Origin: Actinomycetota bacterium
GTDB taxonomy: Bacteria > Actinomycetota > Thermoleophilia > Gaiellales > Gaiellaceae
Assembly (NCBI GenBank): GCA_003134505.1
Contig: PLBK01000021.1
Coordinates: 157,276-221,275 of the forward strand
Direction of reading: 5' to 3'
DNA length: 64,000 bases
Under the pieces are notes generated by a model. It searched no databases. It was given only the letters and a program-made list of their open reading frames with translations, and was not told where the DNA came from. A program made the position numbers and the translations under genes. Shown in pieces: positions 29,074 through 37,564 of this stretch. Position 1 is the stretch's first letter, and each line of letters begins with the position of its first letter.

Positions 29074-29804
29074 AGCCTGATCACCCGGAGGCGGGCGCGG
29101 CCGTCCGTGGGCACCGGGAAGCCGGGCCACTCCGGGTAGCGCGCGTCGTAGATGAGACCCCGGAGCGTCCGCTTGAGCTGGAGCAGGTCTTCGTGACCCC
29201 TGATGGCGAACATCCTCCTCCTGCCCTGGTCGGGGCAACGGATCAGCCGGTCCGTGCGGAAGCCGTAGCGCTCGCGATCGTCGGGTTCGCCGGGAATCAG
29301 CCAGCCGGTGCGGAGCAGCTCGTGCTTGAACCACAGGGCGCGCTCGGAGGACCCGGCCACGGCCTCCAGCGCTTCACGATCGAGGCAGAGGTTGAAGTTG
29401 TGCGCCTTCGGCCAGCCGCGCAGCACGAAGACGTAGCCCTCGTCCGTGGCGCGCTCGATCTGGCCACGGCCCTCCACCTCGTTCGGCGCGGTCTCCGGTG
29501 GCAACGGGTCGGAGAGCGGGTACCGGGCTGCGAGTCGCCGGGATTCCTCGACGGAGTCGAGCGGGATCTCCGTCGTCTTCGGCATCCCCGCGCGGTTGGC
29601 GGCGGCGAGCCGCTTCCGCCGCACGGCCTTCGCCTTCTGCGCGGCGGCGGCGGATTCCCGCTCGACGGCGACGGCGCGGCGAATCCGGCGCCCGACGTTC
29701 GAGACCGCGATGCCGTGCACGACCGCGAGCTGGCGGTGGGTGGCTCCGGCGCGATGCTCTTCGAGCAGTACCTCGTCGGAGACCTTCAGCTTCGTCTCGG
29801 CCAT
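29070..29804 (-). CDS. HTH-domain protein with unknown C-terminal domain (candidate element regulator)
   Basis: N-terminal LLEEHRAGATHRQLAVVHGIAVSNVGRRIRR helix-turn-helix; ATG 29804 chosen within ORF 29070..29936. Confidence 0.55.
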   Translation of the reverse strand: MAETKLKVSDEVLLEEHRAGATHRQLAVVHGIAVSNVGRRIRRAVAVERESAAAAQKAKAVRRKRLAAANRAGMPKTTEIPLDSVEESRRLAARYPLSDPLPPETAPNEVEGRGQIERATDEGYVFVLRGWPKAHNFNLCLDREALEAVAGSSERALWFKHELLRTGWLIPGEPDDRERYGFRTDRLIRCPDQGRRRMFAIRGHEDLLQLKRTLRGLIYDARYPEWPGFPVPTDGRARLRVIRL

Positions 29805-30488
29805 ATGGTCACTACACCGCCGTTGAGCACGCCGGGCCAAGCGCGAGCGCATCCCGAGCAAGCCGCCAAGCCGCCACGTTGCCCACGTCGCCGCGTGTCC
29901 GCCGCTCTCCGGGCCTCCGGCGCCCGAGCCGGGCAACCGGGCGGTCCGGCGCGAGCAACCGGGGCCGATCGGGGCCGCGTAGATGGGGTGGTTGCGCGGA
30001 ATATGGCCGTTTGCGGGGCGTTCGCGACGGCCGAACGGCCGCAGAGACCCTACCCCTTCAGGATCGCCGGGTCATGCGCGGCCCGGCGGCAAGCTGCGCG
30101 GGTGCGGCATCGTCGGGGCCGCAGGCATGGCTGAGGGCGGCGTGAAGCCAACTACCCAGTCGTCCGTCCGCTTGCGGTAGCGCTTCCAGAACGGAGGCTT
30201 TAGGTTTTTTGGTTCGTCCTTCACGGTGTCCACTCCTGACGGGCCGGTGGTCGATCCTTCTGTCTCAGGGTACAGATGAGTTCGAGACTTGGGAATCACT
30301 CGTTCGGGTATCGCGACGTGCCCCGGCCCCGGCAACGAATCCGAGGTCGAGAACTTCCCGCTAGTACCGAGCAAATGGAGAACTTACGTGCCCGCTAAAA
30401 CGCATGAATCCTGGAGATAAAAATAGGATCGTATTTCCGGGCACGATCCCATTGACGATTCGAGTACCGAGGGCGCTATCCTGGGGTT

Positions 30489-30956
30489 ATGACTGAGAAG
30501 GCCAAGCAGGTGTTCTCCAGCGGCTTCCAGCGGCTCAAGGCCCGGCACGATGCACTCCTGGCGCAGCACGCGGCCCTGACCTCCGAGCTTGCCAAGGCGC
30601 AGGCTCGCGGCGAGTCTGACGAGGCCCTACGCAAGGCCATCGTCGCGGCGGTGCCGCAGGCGAAGCTCGTGGAAATCCTCAAGGCCGCGAACATCGGCCC
30701 GATCACATCCGAGTCCAGTGTCGAGGCCGACATGCTCCGCAGTCCGGCGGTGGCAGACGCCATCGAGGACGCGACGGCACGCCGAGGTCGGCAGAACGGA
30801 CTCGGCACTTGGGCACCCGTTGTGGACTCCGCCGCAGTGAAGGCCCTGGGCGAGAAGCCGCACGTCGCGGCTGCCGCGCGGCGCAACAAGGCCGAGCACG
30901 AGCGCCAGGTCGCGGCCCTCGATCAGGCTCGCGCGAACAGGGATCGGAGGGACTGA
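30489..30956 (+). CDS. hypothetical coiled-coil protein
   Basis: First gene of plus-strand operon after AT-richer divergent region. Confidence 0.5.
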   Translation: MTEKAKQVFSSGFQRLKARHDALLAQHAALTSELAKAQARGESDEALRKAIVAAVPQAKLVEILKAANIGPITSESSVEADMLRSPAVADAIEDATARRGRQNGLGTWAPVVDSAAVKALGEKPHVAAAARRNKAEHERQVAALDQARANRDRRD

Positions 30957-31171
30957 TGGCCCGCACTGAAATCTCCGGCAACGTCGTCACCCCTGATCCG
31001 ACGGACGCCTTCCAGACGGACGTGCTCCGAAACATCGAGGCGGGCGCGACGGACAACGGCGACGGCACCTGGACGCTGACCGATCCGGCGATGGTCACGT
31101 TCCTGGCAGTCGTCAATCGCTACGGAAACTCCTTCGGCGGGCTGCCGAGCACGCCGGGACGGGGGTGTTAG
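30956..31171 (+). CDS. small hypothetical protein
   Basis: ATG overlaps previous stop (TGATG). Confidence 0.45.
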   Translation: MARTEISGNVVTPDPTDAFQTDVLRNIEAGATDNGDGTWTLTDPAMVTFLAVVNRYGNSFGGLPSTPGRGC

Positions 31172-31173
31172 AC

Positions 31174-31338
31174 GTGGCGCACAACAAGTTCCTGGACGGC
31201 GCAGGCCCGGCGACCCAAGCGCAGAAGGACGCCTGGAACGAAGGACGCAAGACCGCCTACGACGCACTCGGCAACAAGACCAGTCCACAGTTCGGCTCCG
31301 CCGAGCACGAGGTAGCGGTCAAAGAGGGCAAGGTCTAG
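31174..31338 (+). CDS. small hypothetical protein (54 aa, below ORF-track cutoff)
   Basis: GTG 2 nt after previous stop; its stop overlaps next GTG start (TAGTG); fills the operon without gaps. Confidence 0.35.
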   Translation: MAHNKFLDGAGPATQAQKDAWNEGRKTAYDALGNKTSPQFGSAEHEVAVKEGKV

Positions 31339-31763
31339 TGACCGCCGTCTCGCACGCTGACCGCCTTACGTCCCGTGCACGCCGGGCGCAGGAGTGGGGC
31401 ACGCCCGATCCGACCGCCGGAGCACGAGCACGGCAGGCGCAGCGTGAAGAGGATGACCGCATCCTCGCGCTTGCCGCAGAGGAGGCCGACCTGGCTGAGG
31501 CCAAGCTCGCTGAGAAGGTGGCGTACGTCACCGAGCACTTGCCGCCCGCTATCGAAGAATACGAGCGTGCCCGCGAGGTCTACACCGAGGCCATCGAGGC
31601 GGCGGCTCGCGCGACGATGGCGTGCAACGCGGCCCGCGTGACCTACACAGATTTGTGGTCGAAGACTTTGGCGGTGGGCCAGCCGGTTCCCGTCAGACTT
31701 GCCCCGGTCGCACTCGGGGACGCCATTCGGACTATCAATGCCTACGGGCCAGGAGCCTGTTGA
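31338..31763 (+). CDS. hypothetical protein
   Basis: 141-aa ORF tightly coupled to the upstream small ORFs. Confidence 0.5.
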   Translation: MTAVSHADRLTSRARRAQEWGTPDPTAGARARQAQREEDDRILALAAEEADLAEAKLAEKVAYVTEHLPPAIEEYERAREVYTEAIEAAARATMACNAARVTYTDLWSKTLAVGQPVPVRLAPVALGDAIRTINAYGPGAC

Positions 31764-31771
31764 AAGGATGA

Positions 31772-31954
31772 TGCGATTTAGTTGAGGGCTTGTTGAAGCC
31801 GTGCGGATTCCACAACACCGAAACAACCGACCGCCCTGACGAGTTCAAGCGTGTACGGGAGTTAGAAAGGTCAAGCGTTATTTCGTACGGGTAAGCAGTG
31901 AGTGCACCTGCGAAGCCCCCGCCGGTGGTGTCGCAAACCCTCAACTAAATCGCA
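31772..31954. repeat. 183-bp element bounded by 17-bp perfect inverted repeats (tgcgatttagttgaggg / ccctcaactaaatcgca)
   Basis: IRs extend to 20/21; interior visibly AT-richer than flanks; lies between two same-strand ORFs. Confidence 0.8.
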
Positions 31955-31961
31955 CCGTCCG

Positions 31962-32564
31962 ATGTCCGGCAATCTGACGAGCTTCAACGTTCACCGATTC
32001 GTCGGCTTCGTGGCGTCGGCCCGGAGCGGCAAGCTGGAAGCGTTCGGCGTCGAACCGGGCACGCCGGTCGAGCAAACGCTGGAGGCCATGTCCGTGTTGG
32101 GAATCGACGCCGACACGATGACGAGCCTCTCGGCGGTCACCGCACCGATGGCGAAGGCCGTGGGCACGCCGGTCGGCTGGACGGGATCGGACGGCCTGGG
32201 CGATGCACTCAAGGCCGTCCAGCAAGCTCTGCCGGACGCCTACGACGTGAAAGACCTGGCCCTGGACTTGTCGGCCTGCCTCGTGCAGTCCGACCTTGGC
32301 AGCTACTTCCGCGTGCCGCTCGCGGCGGGCCTCAAGCCCGCTGACCGCTCCGCCTGGGTCGAGGTCGAGGAGTCCACGAGCTACACCGCGAAGGCATGGA
32401 CTCGTGACCCTGCCGGGCGCTTCGCCTCGGGCGGTGGCGGTGGCGGTGCTCGGCCTCGGTCGAAGAAGCCGAAGCAGGCGCTGCCCCCCTTCCCGGCGGA
32501 CGCCACTCCGAGGATGCACGAGACGGGCAAGGGCGCGGGCACCTGGAACCCGGCAGGCACCTGA
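31962..32564 (+). CDS. hypothetical protein with Gly/Lys-rich C-terminus
   Basis: ATG 31962 immediately after the IR element; no family recognised. Confidence 0.5.
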   Translation: MSGNLTSFNVHRFVGFVASARSGKLEAFGVEPGTPVEQTLEAMSVLGIDADTMTSLSAVTAPMAKAVGTPVGWTGSDGLGDALKAVQQALPDAYDVKDLALDLSACLVQSDLGSYFRVPLAAGLKPADRSAWVEVEESTSYTAKAWTRDPAGRFASGGGGGGARPRSKKPKQALPPFPADATPRMHETGKGAGTWNPAGT

Positions 32565-32611
32565 CAGCCGACGCTGCCGACGATCCTGGCAAGTGCCCGA
32601 GGGTCTAGCAG

Positions 32612-32647
32612 GCTTGCCCGCCTCAGTCAGGCGCTCGCCCGAGCGCG
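32612..32647 (-). repeat. family-A repeat core, copy 1
   Basis: Reverse complement matches CGCGCTCGGGCGAGYGCCTGACTGAGSCGGGCGAGC (one change: ..GGGCAAGC). Confidence 0.8.
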
Positions 32648-32671
32648 AACCGCCTCGCCGCTAGAAGGTCG

Positions 32672-33304
32672 TCACTTCCACCTGATGGCTTTGAAAACGA
32701 TGATGGTGCTGAACTTCGTTCCGTCGATCTGCCAGGCATAGCAGCCGAGGGAGCGGAGCCAGGTTCCGCCCAGCCACTCGCGCCAGCCGCCTGTGCCGTT
32801 GGCGGTCGGCACCGGCGGAAGCTGCGGATCGAACAGTTCCGGCGCGCCGTCCGGTGTCTCGCCGCCGAAGGCGACCTTCCCCGCTCCATCAAGGCGGCGG
32901 CCTCGGATGAAGACCGGCCCTTGGTAGCGCGGGTAAGCGAACCAGTCGATCTTCACTACCCACCAGCCATTCTTCTCGCGGGAGAACGGGATGATGCCGT
33001 GCTTGATGTCGCCCGCTCGGTCGATCAACGGCCTGACCGAGCCGTGACCGAGCGCGACGCCACCGAACTGGTTGTTGTCAATCTCGGAGCCGGTGCTCGT
33101 CGGACACGCCCCGCCGGGGCCGAGCTTGGGCAGGTGCAGCGGGCGTCGCAGCGCGCGTGGGACGTGCCCTGGCACCGCCTGACACCCGCCGTAGAGCGTG
33201 CACGTCTGCGCGTAACTCGTCGGCGTCGGTAGCGGCGCACCAGCAGACGGGCTACCGATGGCGGTGAGTCCGAGAGCGGCAAGGAACAAAGCAAGAAGCC
33301 TCAT
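32672..33304 (-). CDS. secreted hypothetical protein
   Basis: Signal peptide MRLLALFLAALGLTAIGSPSAGA; followed 3' by repeat copy 1. Confidence 0.6.
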   Translation of the reverse strand: MRLLALFLAALGLTAIGSPSAGAPLPTPTSYAQTCTLYGGCQAVPGHVPRALRRPLHLPKLGPGGACPTSTGSEIDNNQFGGVALGHGSVRPLIDRAGDIKHGIIPFSREKNGWWVVKIDWFAYPRYQGPVFIRGRRLDGAGKVAFGGETPDGAPELFDPQLPPVPTANGTGGWREWLGGTWLRSLGCYAWQIDGTKFSTIIVFKAIRWK

Positions 33305-33346
33305 CCAAACCTCCCGACAATGATAGGTCTACCCGGCGCTACGTCC

Positions 33347-33370
33347 GTCGCCTTCCCCGCAAAAGGCGAC
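33347..33370. repeat. family-B hairpin, copy g (gtcgcc-ttccccgcaaaa-ggcgac)
   Basis: GTCGC/GCGAC stem; reverse complement gtcgccttttgcggggaaggcgac resembles other copies. Confidence 0.6.
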
Positions 33371-33447
33371 AAGGGGGACACCTCTACTCCTCACTAGGTC
33401 ACCCTTTCGGGGTTGCTCCGGCGACAAGTTCCACCGATGACTTCGGT

Positions 33448-34116
33448 ATGAAGCGATACGTCGCTCTCCTGGTTGTCGTGGGCCTGATCGCCGTTCCCGT
33501 CGCGTTCCCGGCCATCGCACGTGGCCCGCAGGTGAAGTTGACGCCGGGTGGACAGCGGATCGCAAAGACGACCCTCGTTCGGGCTTCGGACGTGCCCGGT
33601 TGGAGCGGGTTTCCAGGAGCGTCGAGCGTGGGATCAGTTCCCGGCTGCGAGGGCGCGGGAGTGACGGGGGCTGGTCTTGTGCTCAACGGGCGAGCGAGCG
33701 CGGGATTCGAGAGGCAGGCAGGTATGTACGGCCACGACCTCGTGTCCACCTCTTACGTGTTCGAGACGCCGAGCCAGGCGAGCCGTTTCATGTCAGCGAT
33801 CAGTTCGACCAATCTCAAATGCCTGCGAGCTTCTGTCGAGTTCACCAAGAACGGGACGAAAGGCAACGAGGTAAGCGCGGGCAGCAACCGGCTCCCCCAA
33901 CTTGTCGAGCACCTGGCCGACGCTCAAGTACACGTCCGTGTCGTCACCGTCAGCGAGTCGAAGTGGGTCGCGGACTGGTACTTCGAGTCGATCTACCTCC
34001 AACAAGGCCGTACCGTCGGGGAACTCGTCTACTCAAGCCTCAACCAAGCCGATCACTCTGGCAGCGTTCACTTCGCAAGCATCGTCGCCAACCGGATCAA
34101 GAGTCACGCGCGATAG
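33448..34116 (+). CDS. secreted hypothetical protein
   Basis: Signal peptide MKRYVALLVVVGLIAVPVAFPAIA. Confidence 0.6.
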   Translation: MKRYVALLVVVGLIAVPVAFPAIARGPQVKLTPGGQRIAKTTLVRASDVPGWSGFPGASSVGSVPGCEGAGVTGAGLVLNGRASAGFERQAGMYGHDLVSTSYVFETPSQASRFMSAISSTNLKCLRASVEFTKNGTKGNEVSAGSNRLPQLVEHLADAQVHVRVVTVSESKWVADWYFESIYLQQGRTVGELVYSSLNQADHSGSVHFASIVANRIKSHAR

Positions 34117-34240
34117 ACCGCGAGCAGACGCGGCTGGCAAACGGCTATCTCCGCAAGCGCCTCCGCACCCACACGACTACCACTCCGCCGCCGCTTCGCC
34201 AAAACGGTTCGCCAAGCCCTCCTCGTAGTCTGTTACCGCT

Positions 34241-34276
34241 GCTCGCCCGGCTCAGTCAGGCGCTCGCCCGAGCGCG
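34241..34276 (-). repeat. family-A repeat core, copy 2 (extended unit about 34195..34293)
   Basis: gctcgcccggctcagtcaggcgctcgcccgagcgcg; about 100-bp unit nearly identical to copy 3. Confidence 0.85.
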
Positions 34277-34294
34277 GGTCGTGGCGCTCGCGGC

Positions 34295-34495
34295 TTAGTT
34301 CGCTTGGGCGCTCGTGAGCACTTCGCGGGCAGTCGCCAAATCAGACTCTTCGACCAGAATCTCCCGCCAGGTCTGGACGGTTCCAACCGGGTCAGCCTCC
34401 CGGTCGAAGCACTCGATTCCAGCCGTGCGAAGAAAAGAGCGAATCACGTCGGCCTCACCCTGGCTCCCTGCGACCGTGAGACGCACAAGACTCAT
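34295..34495 (-). CDS. small DUF2007-like (putative signal-transducing) protein; tentative
   Basis: 66 aa; LTVAGSQGEADVIRSFLRTAGIEC resembles DUF2007 pattern; flanked on both sides by family-A repeats. Confidence 0.5.
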   Translation of the reverse strand: MSLVRLTVAGSQGEADVIRSFLRTAGIECFDREADPVGTVQTWREILVEESDLATAREVLTSAQAN

Positions 34496-34547
34496 CCCGT
34501 ACGAGTTTCGCCAAGCGTTTCGCCAATCCCTCCTCGTAGTCCGACCT

Positions 34548-34583
34548 GCTCGCCCGGATCAGTCAGGCACTCGCCCGAGCGCG
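34548..34583 (-). repeat. family-A repeat core, copy 3 (extended unit about 34503..34600)
   Basis: gctcgcccggatcagtcaggcactcgcccgagcgcg plus shared flanks ..cctcctcgtagtc.. and ..gggtcgtggcgctcgcggc. Confidence 0.85.
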
Positions 34584-34611
34584 GGTCGTGGCGCTCGCGG
34601 CGAAGTTGTCG

Positions 34612-35079
34612 TTAGTGGGCGGCTACGCGGATGTAGAAGTCGTACGTCCGCGTCTGTGCTCCATGGATCAAGTGCGCCACAACCTTCCAGCAGCCGGGCG
34701 ACGAGAACGTGAGTGCTGAAACCTGGAAGCCGATGGTTCCGTAGCCGTACGTGATTTCGGCTTTCAGTGGTGGGGCTTTGGCGTCCAACCGTGATCCGGA
34801 GACGCGCAGCCGACCCGGCGTCTCCCGATACCACGCGATCTTCATACCTCTCGGATCGGCCACGAAGTTGTGATCGCCCCGGCTATAGGCCATCCAGAGG
34901 TTGCCCTGCCGGAGCCAATGGATCGAGAGGCCACCCATGTACGCGCTCGGCGGTCTGGGCGAGACAGGTGTGAGGCGACAAGCGTTCGTCGAGCGCGACG
35001 TGCTGTCGGTCGCGTCCGCGACTGCAACACCCGTGATCGCAAGCACGATCATCGACGTTATGACCATGCGAAGACCCAC
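34612..35079 (-). CDS. secreted hypothetical protein
   Basis: N-terminal hydrophobic signal (MVITSMIVLAITGVAVA); flanked by repeat copies 3 and 4. Confidence 0.55.
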   Translation of the reverse strand: MGLRMVITSMIVLAITGVAVADATDSTSRSTNACRLTPVSPRPPSAYMGGLSIHWLRQGNLWMAYSRGDHNFVADPRGMKIAWYRETPGRLRVSGSRLDAKAPPLKAEITYGYGTIGFQVSALTFSSPGCWKVVAHLIHGAQTRTYDFYIRVAAH

Positions 35080-35120
35080 GTAAGAATCGTATCAAGGCGT
35101 TTCGCCAGCGCCACCACGAA

Positions 35121-35156
35121 GCTCGCCCGGCTCAGTCAGGCGCTCACCTGAGCGTG
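35121..35156 (-). repeat. family-A repeat core, copy 4 (diverged)
   Basis: gctcgcccggctcagtcaggcgctcacctgagcgtg. Confidence 0.75.
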
Positions 35157-35158
35157 AC

Positions 35159-35184
35159 TGTCGTGGTTCCAGCAGAAGACGACA
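35159..35184. repeat. family-B hairpin, copy f
   Basis: Reverse complement tgtcgtcttctgctggaaccacgaca; first 16 nt identical to copy c at 60715. Confidence 0.75.
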
Positions 35185-35282
35185 CGCCCGAGCTAAGACG
35201 AAGTGCAGGGATGTGCCCGCGACAGCCTGTAGACGATCCTCCCGGTGAGCTTGTTTGCTGACGTTCAACCGGCGAGGAGCGC

Positions 35283-35849
35283 CTAATCCACGAACTTCTG
35301 CGCGAAGTAGAACTCGCTCACCCGGCCACGGCGGATGTAGATGAAGAACCACGGCTTGAGGAAGTTCGCCACCCCCGCGTGAAGCGACTGCGCTGCGAGG
35401 CCGACCTTGACCCAGCACTGGCACGGTTTCTCTTTCCTCCATGCGTTCCAGATGAAGCCGTGCCAGCGGTGCTCGCACCGACTCGTTGCTGTTCGATGAC
35501 ACGGCCCGAACGGGATGATGCTTCCAACTCCGAATCCGCTCTTCGTCCGGTAGTAGCGAGTCGTGAAGTCGAGTTCGTTGACGCGGCCATCCTCGAACGT
35601 CACATACACCCGGCTTCCGTGGAGCCGGTAGTAGCCCTGGATGATGCCGCTGACCCGATCAAGCACGTGGTAGCCATGCCCTTCTGACCCATACTCCCGT
35701 TCCACATGCGCCTTCGACTCGCCCAGCGCGATATCGCCAATCTTGTGCCACGGAACGAGAACCGGCGGGTCGCTCCTGCCGGGACTGCTTGAGGCGATCC
35801 CCGTGACGGCGAACGAGGCGAGCAGTGCGAGAACGAGAGTCCTCCGCAT
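35283..35849 (-). CDS. secreted hypothetical protein
   Basis: Signal peptide MRRTLVLALLASFAVTGIASS; Cys-containing mature part. Confidence 0.6.
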   Translation of the reverse strand: MRRTLVLALLASFAVTGIASSSPGRSDPPVLVPWHKIGDIALGESKAHVEREYGSEGHGYHVLDRVSGIIQGYYRLHGSRVYVTFEDGRVNELDFTTRYYRTKSGFGVGSIIPFGPCHRTATSRCEHRWHGFIWNAWRKEKPCQCWVKVGLAAQSLHAGVANFLKPWFFIYIRRGRVSEFYFAQKFVD

Positions 35850-36039
35850 CAGAACTCAGTATCGGTGCATCAGCACGTGACGCGTAGCCCTCTTTGTAGG
35901 GCTGTCGCGCTTCCACCAGTCTGCGTCATCCGCGCCACGACCTAGCGCCCGCTAATCGGGCACCAAGCTCTGCATGACCACGGGCAACGCCGCAGTCGCG
36001 AACGACCCGAGGTTGCTCTTGTCGCTTTCTATTCAACCG

Positions 36040-36090
36040 CCAGGGTGAGGTGCGGAGGGAAGCCGTGGACGGGGACTCCCTCCGCCCTGG
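36040..36090. other. strong extended hairpin (9-bp core stem gcggaggga/tccctccgc, outer ccagg/cctgg)
   Basis: Read directly; lies in the 340-bp gap between oppositely oriented gene blocks. Confidence 0.7.
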
Positions 36091-36188
36091 GTGCCGACAT
36101 GACGCGGCGGTGAACCTAGTCCCACACTACCCAGTCCCACCTCCGGGCCTTAAGGCGGGACGACGCCACTCGGTAGAACAACAGATAG

Positions 36189-36653
36189 ATGCCCAGCATG
36201 GACTCCTACCGCCGGATTAGCCGCGAAGCAGAGCTGCTCGCAGGCGTCATCATCAAGCGGCTCAGGCACGAAGGCTGCACCGACGAGGAGATCGTTCAGT
36301 ATCTGAAGGCGATCGTCTCCCCGGCGGCGCCGACAAGCTCCGCCGTCTCCAGCGCGATCGGCAAGGCGCTGCGGAACCCCGGCTTCGCCGTCCGCATCAG
36401 CGACGAGGGCACCAGGGTCACCGACCACCGGCCCTTCGCGCTGATTCACCATCCCAGCGTCGAGGTGCCGACCGGCGATCCCCGCAACGACCTGGCGAAG
36501 TCGCTCTTCGACCCGAAGCGCATGGAGAAGGACACCCTCGCCGACATGGAGAAGCACCAGCTCCACAAGGCCCGCGCCAACCAGCTCGACGCCGCAGACC
36601 AGCACGATTTGACCGCGCGCATCCGCAAGCGGCGCGCGAAGGAACAGGGCTAA
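36189..36653 (+). CDS. hypothetical protein
   Basis: 154-aa ORF, first of a coupled plus-strand block. Confidence 0.5.
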   Translation: MPSMDSYRRISREAELLAGVIIKRLRHEGCTDEEIVQYLKAIVSPAAPTSSAVSSAIGKALRNPGFAVRISDEGTRVTDHRPFALIHHPSVEVPTGDPRNDLAKSLFDPKRMEKDTLADMEKHQLHKARANQLDAADQHDLTARIRKRRAKEQG

Positions 36654-36916
36654 TGGCCATCACCGCGATCAAGCGCGACCGCTCGAACGGCACCTGGCTG
36701 GTGGCCGGTCTCGTCTCAGACTTCGCGGGCTACCCGCACTCCAGCGATGCCCACGGAGGCATCAAGGCGCAGACGTCATGGGCCGATCAGGTCGATGGCG
36801 CACAGGCCGTGCTCGACGTTGACGGCGGCATCCTGCCGCCCAGCGCAACGCCGACCTGGATCATCCCCGACTGCCTGGCTCAGGATCTGGGCCTGATCGC
36901 GGAGGACTCCCCGTGA
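36653..36916 (+). CDS. hypothetical protein
   Basis: ATG overlaps previous stop (TAATG). Confidence 0.5.
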   Translation: MAITAIKRDRSNGTWLVAGLVSDFAGYPHSSDAHGGIKAQTSWADQVDGAQAVLDVDGGILPPSATPTWIIPDCLAQDLGLIAEDSP

Positions 36917-37557
36917 GCGTCTCCGCCGAGATCTTCGCCGAGGGCCTGATCAGGGTCGATGGGCGCTGGGTCGAAGACCCCGCGTTCGACCCGCACCGGA
37001 TCATCCGTCCCGAGGACGAGGAGCAGGAGAGCGAAGCAGCCGCACGCGCACGCGCTGTGGCGGCAGAGGACGCTGACCACGAGACGCGCGAACGGGCCGA
37101 GCTGACCGCTGGCGATCTTGTCCGCGTCGTGGACGAGAAGGGAGCGCGCTGGGTGGAACCTGGCCGCGCACCTGGCTCGATGTCCGGCGCGATGGAGGCG
37201 CTACACGCCGAGATGAAGGAGCTGGACGAGCTGTCCCAGCGCGTCATCCTGGCGCCCAAGGCGAAGAAGCGCCTGGCCGAACTGCCGGGCCTGATCGCCG
37301 CCATCCACCGGCGCGAGGAAGAGGCGGCGCAGGCGAAGGAATCTGACGATGCCGAGTTCCGGGAGCACTACGAGGGGGCGGTGCAGGAGTACCTCACCGC
37401 GCTGCGGGCATTCGTGGACGCGAAGGACGACGTGGATCGCATCCGCCTGGACGCGATGGCGCGCGGCATCTACCTGGAGAAGATCGAAGTTCGGGCCAGC
37501 CAGGACAGGACCCTCTACAAGCTTCTCGAACGTGCTCGCGCGACGGCGCTGGCCTAG
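36913..37557 (+). CDS. hypothetical coiled-coil, acidic protein
   Basis: GTGA overlap with previous gene. Confidence 0.5.
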   Translation: MSVSAEIFAEGLIRVDGRWVEDPAFDPHRIIRPEDEEQESEAAARARAVAAEDADHETRERAELTAGDLVRVVDEKGARWVEPGRAPGSMSGAMEALHAEMKELDELSQRVILAPKAKKRLAELPGLIAAIHRREEEAAQAKESDDAEFREHYEGAVQEYLTALRAFVDAKDDVDRIRLDAMARGIYLEKIEVRASQDRTLYKLLERARATALA

Positions 37558-37564
37558 AGCGCTG

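Noticed and set aside
30072-30374. 100-aa minus-strand ORF in the divergent control region
   Set aside because: It has no recognisable family, mixed codon bias and an unclear start. It is mentioned only as a possible small regulator.
31772-31954. Retron msr/msd or TnpB omega-RNA explanation for the inverted-repeat element
   Set aside because: No reverse transcriptase or TnpB/IscB-like gene is present anywhere in the window.
32612-35156. Interpreting family-A repeats as integron attC sites
   Set aside because: No IntI-type tyrosine recombinase or attI is present in the window. The repeat ends do not show the RYYYAAC / GTTRRRY core sites, and one flanking gene (33448..34116) is in the opposite orientation. 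The resemblance is only architectural.
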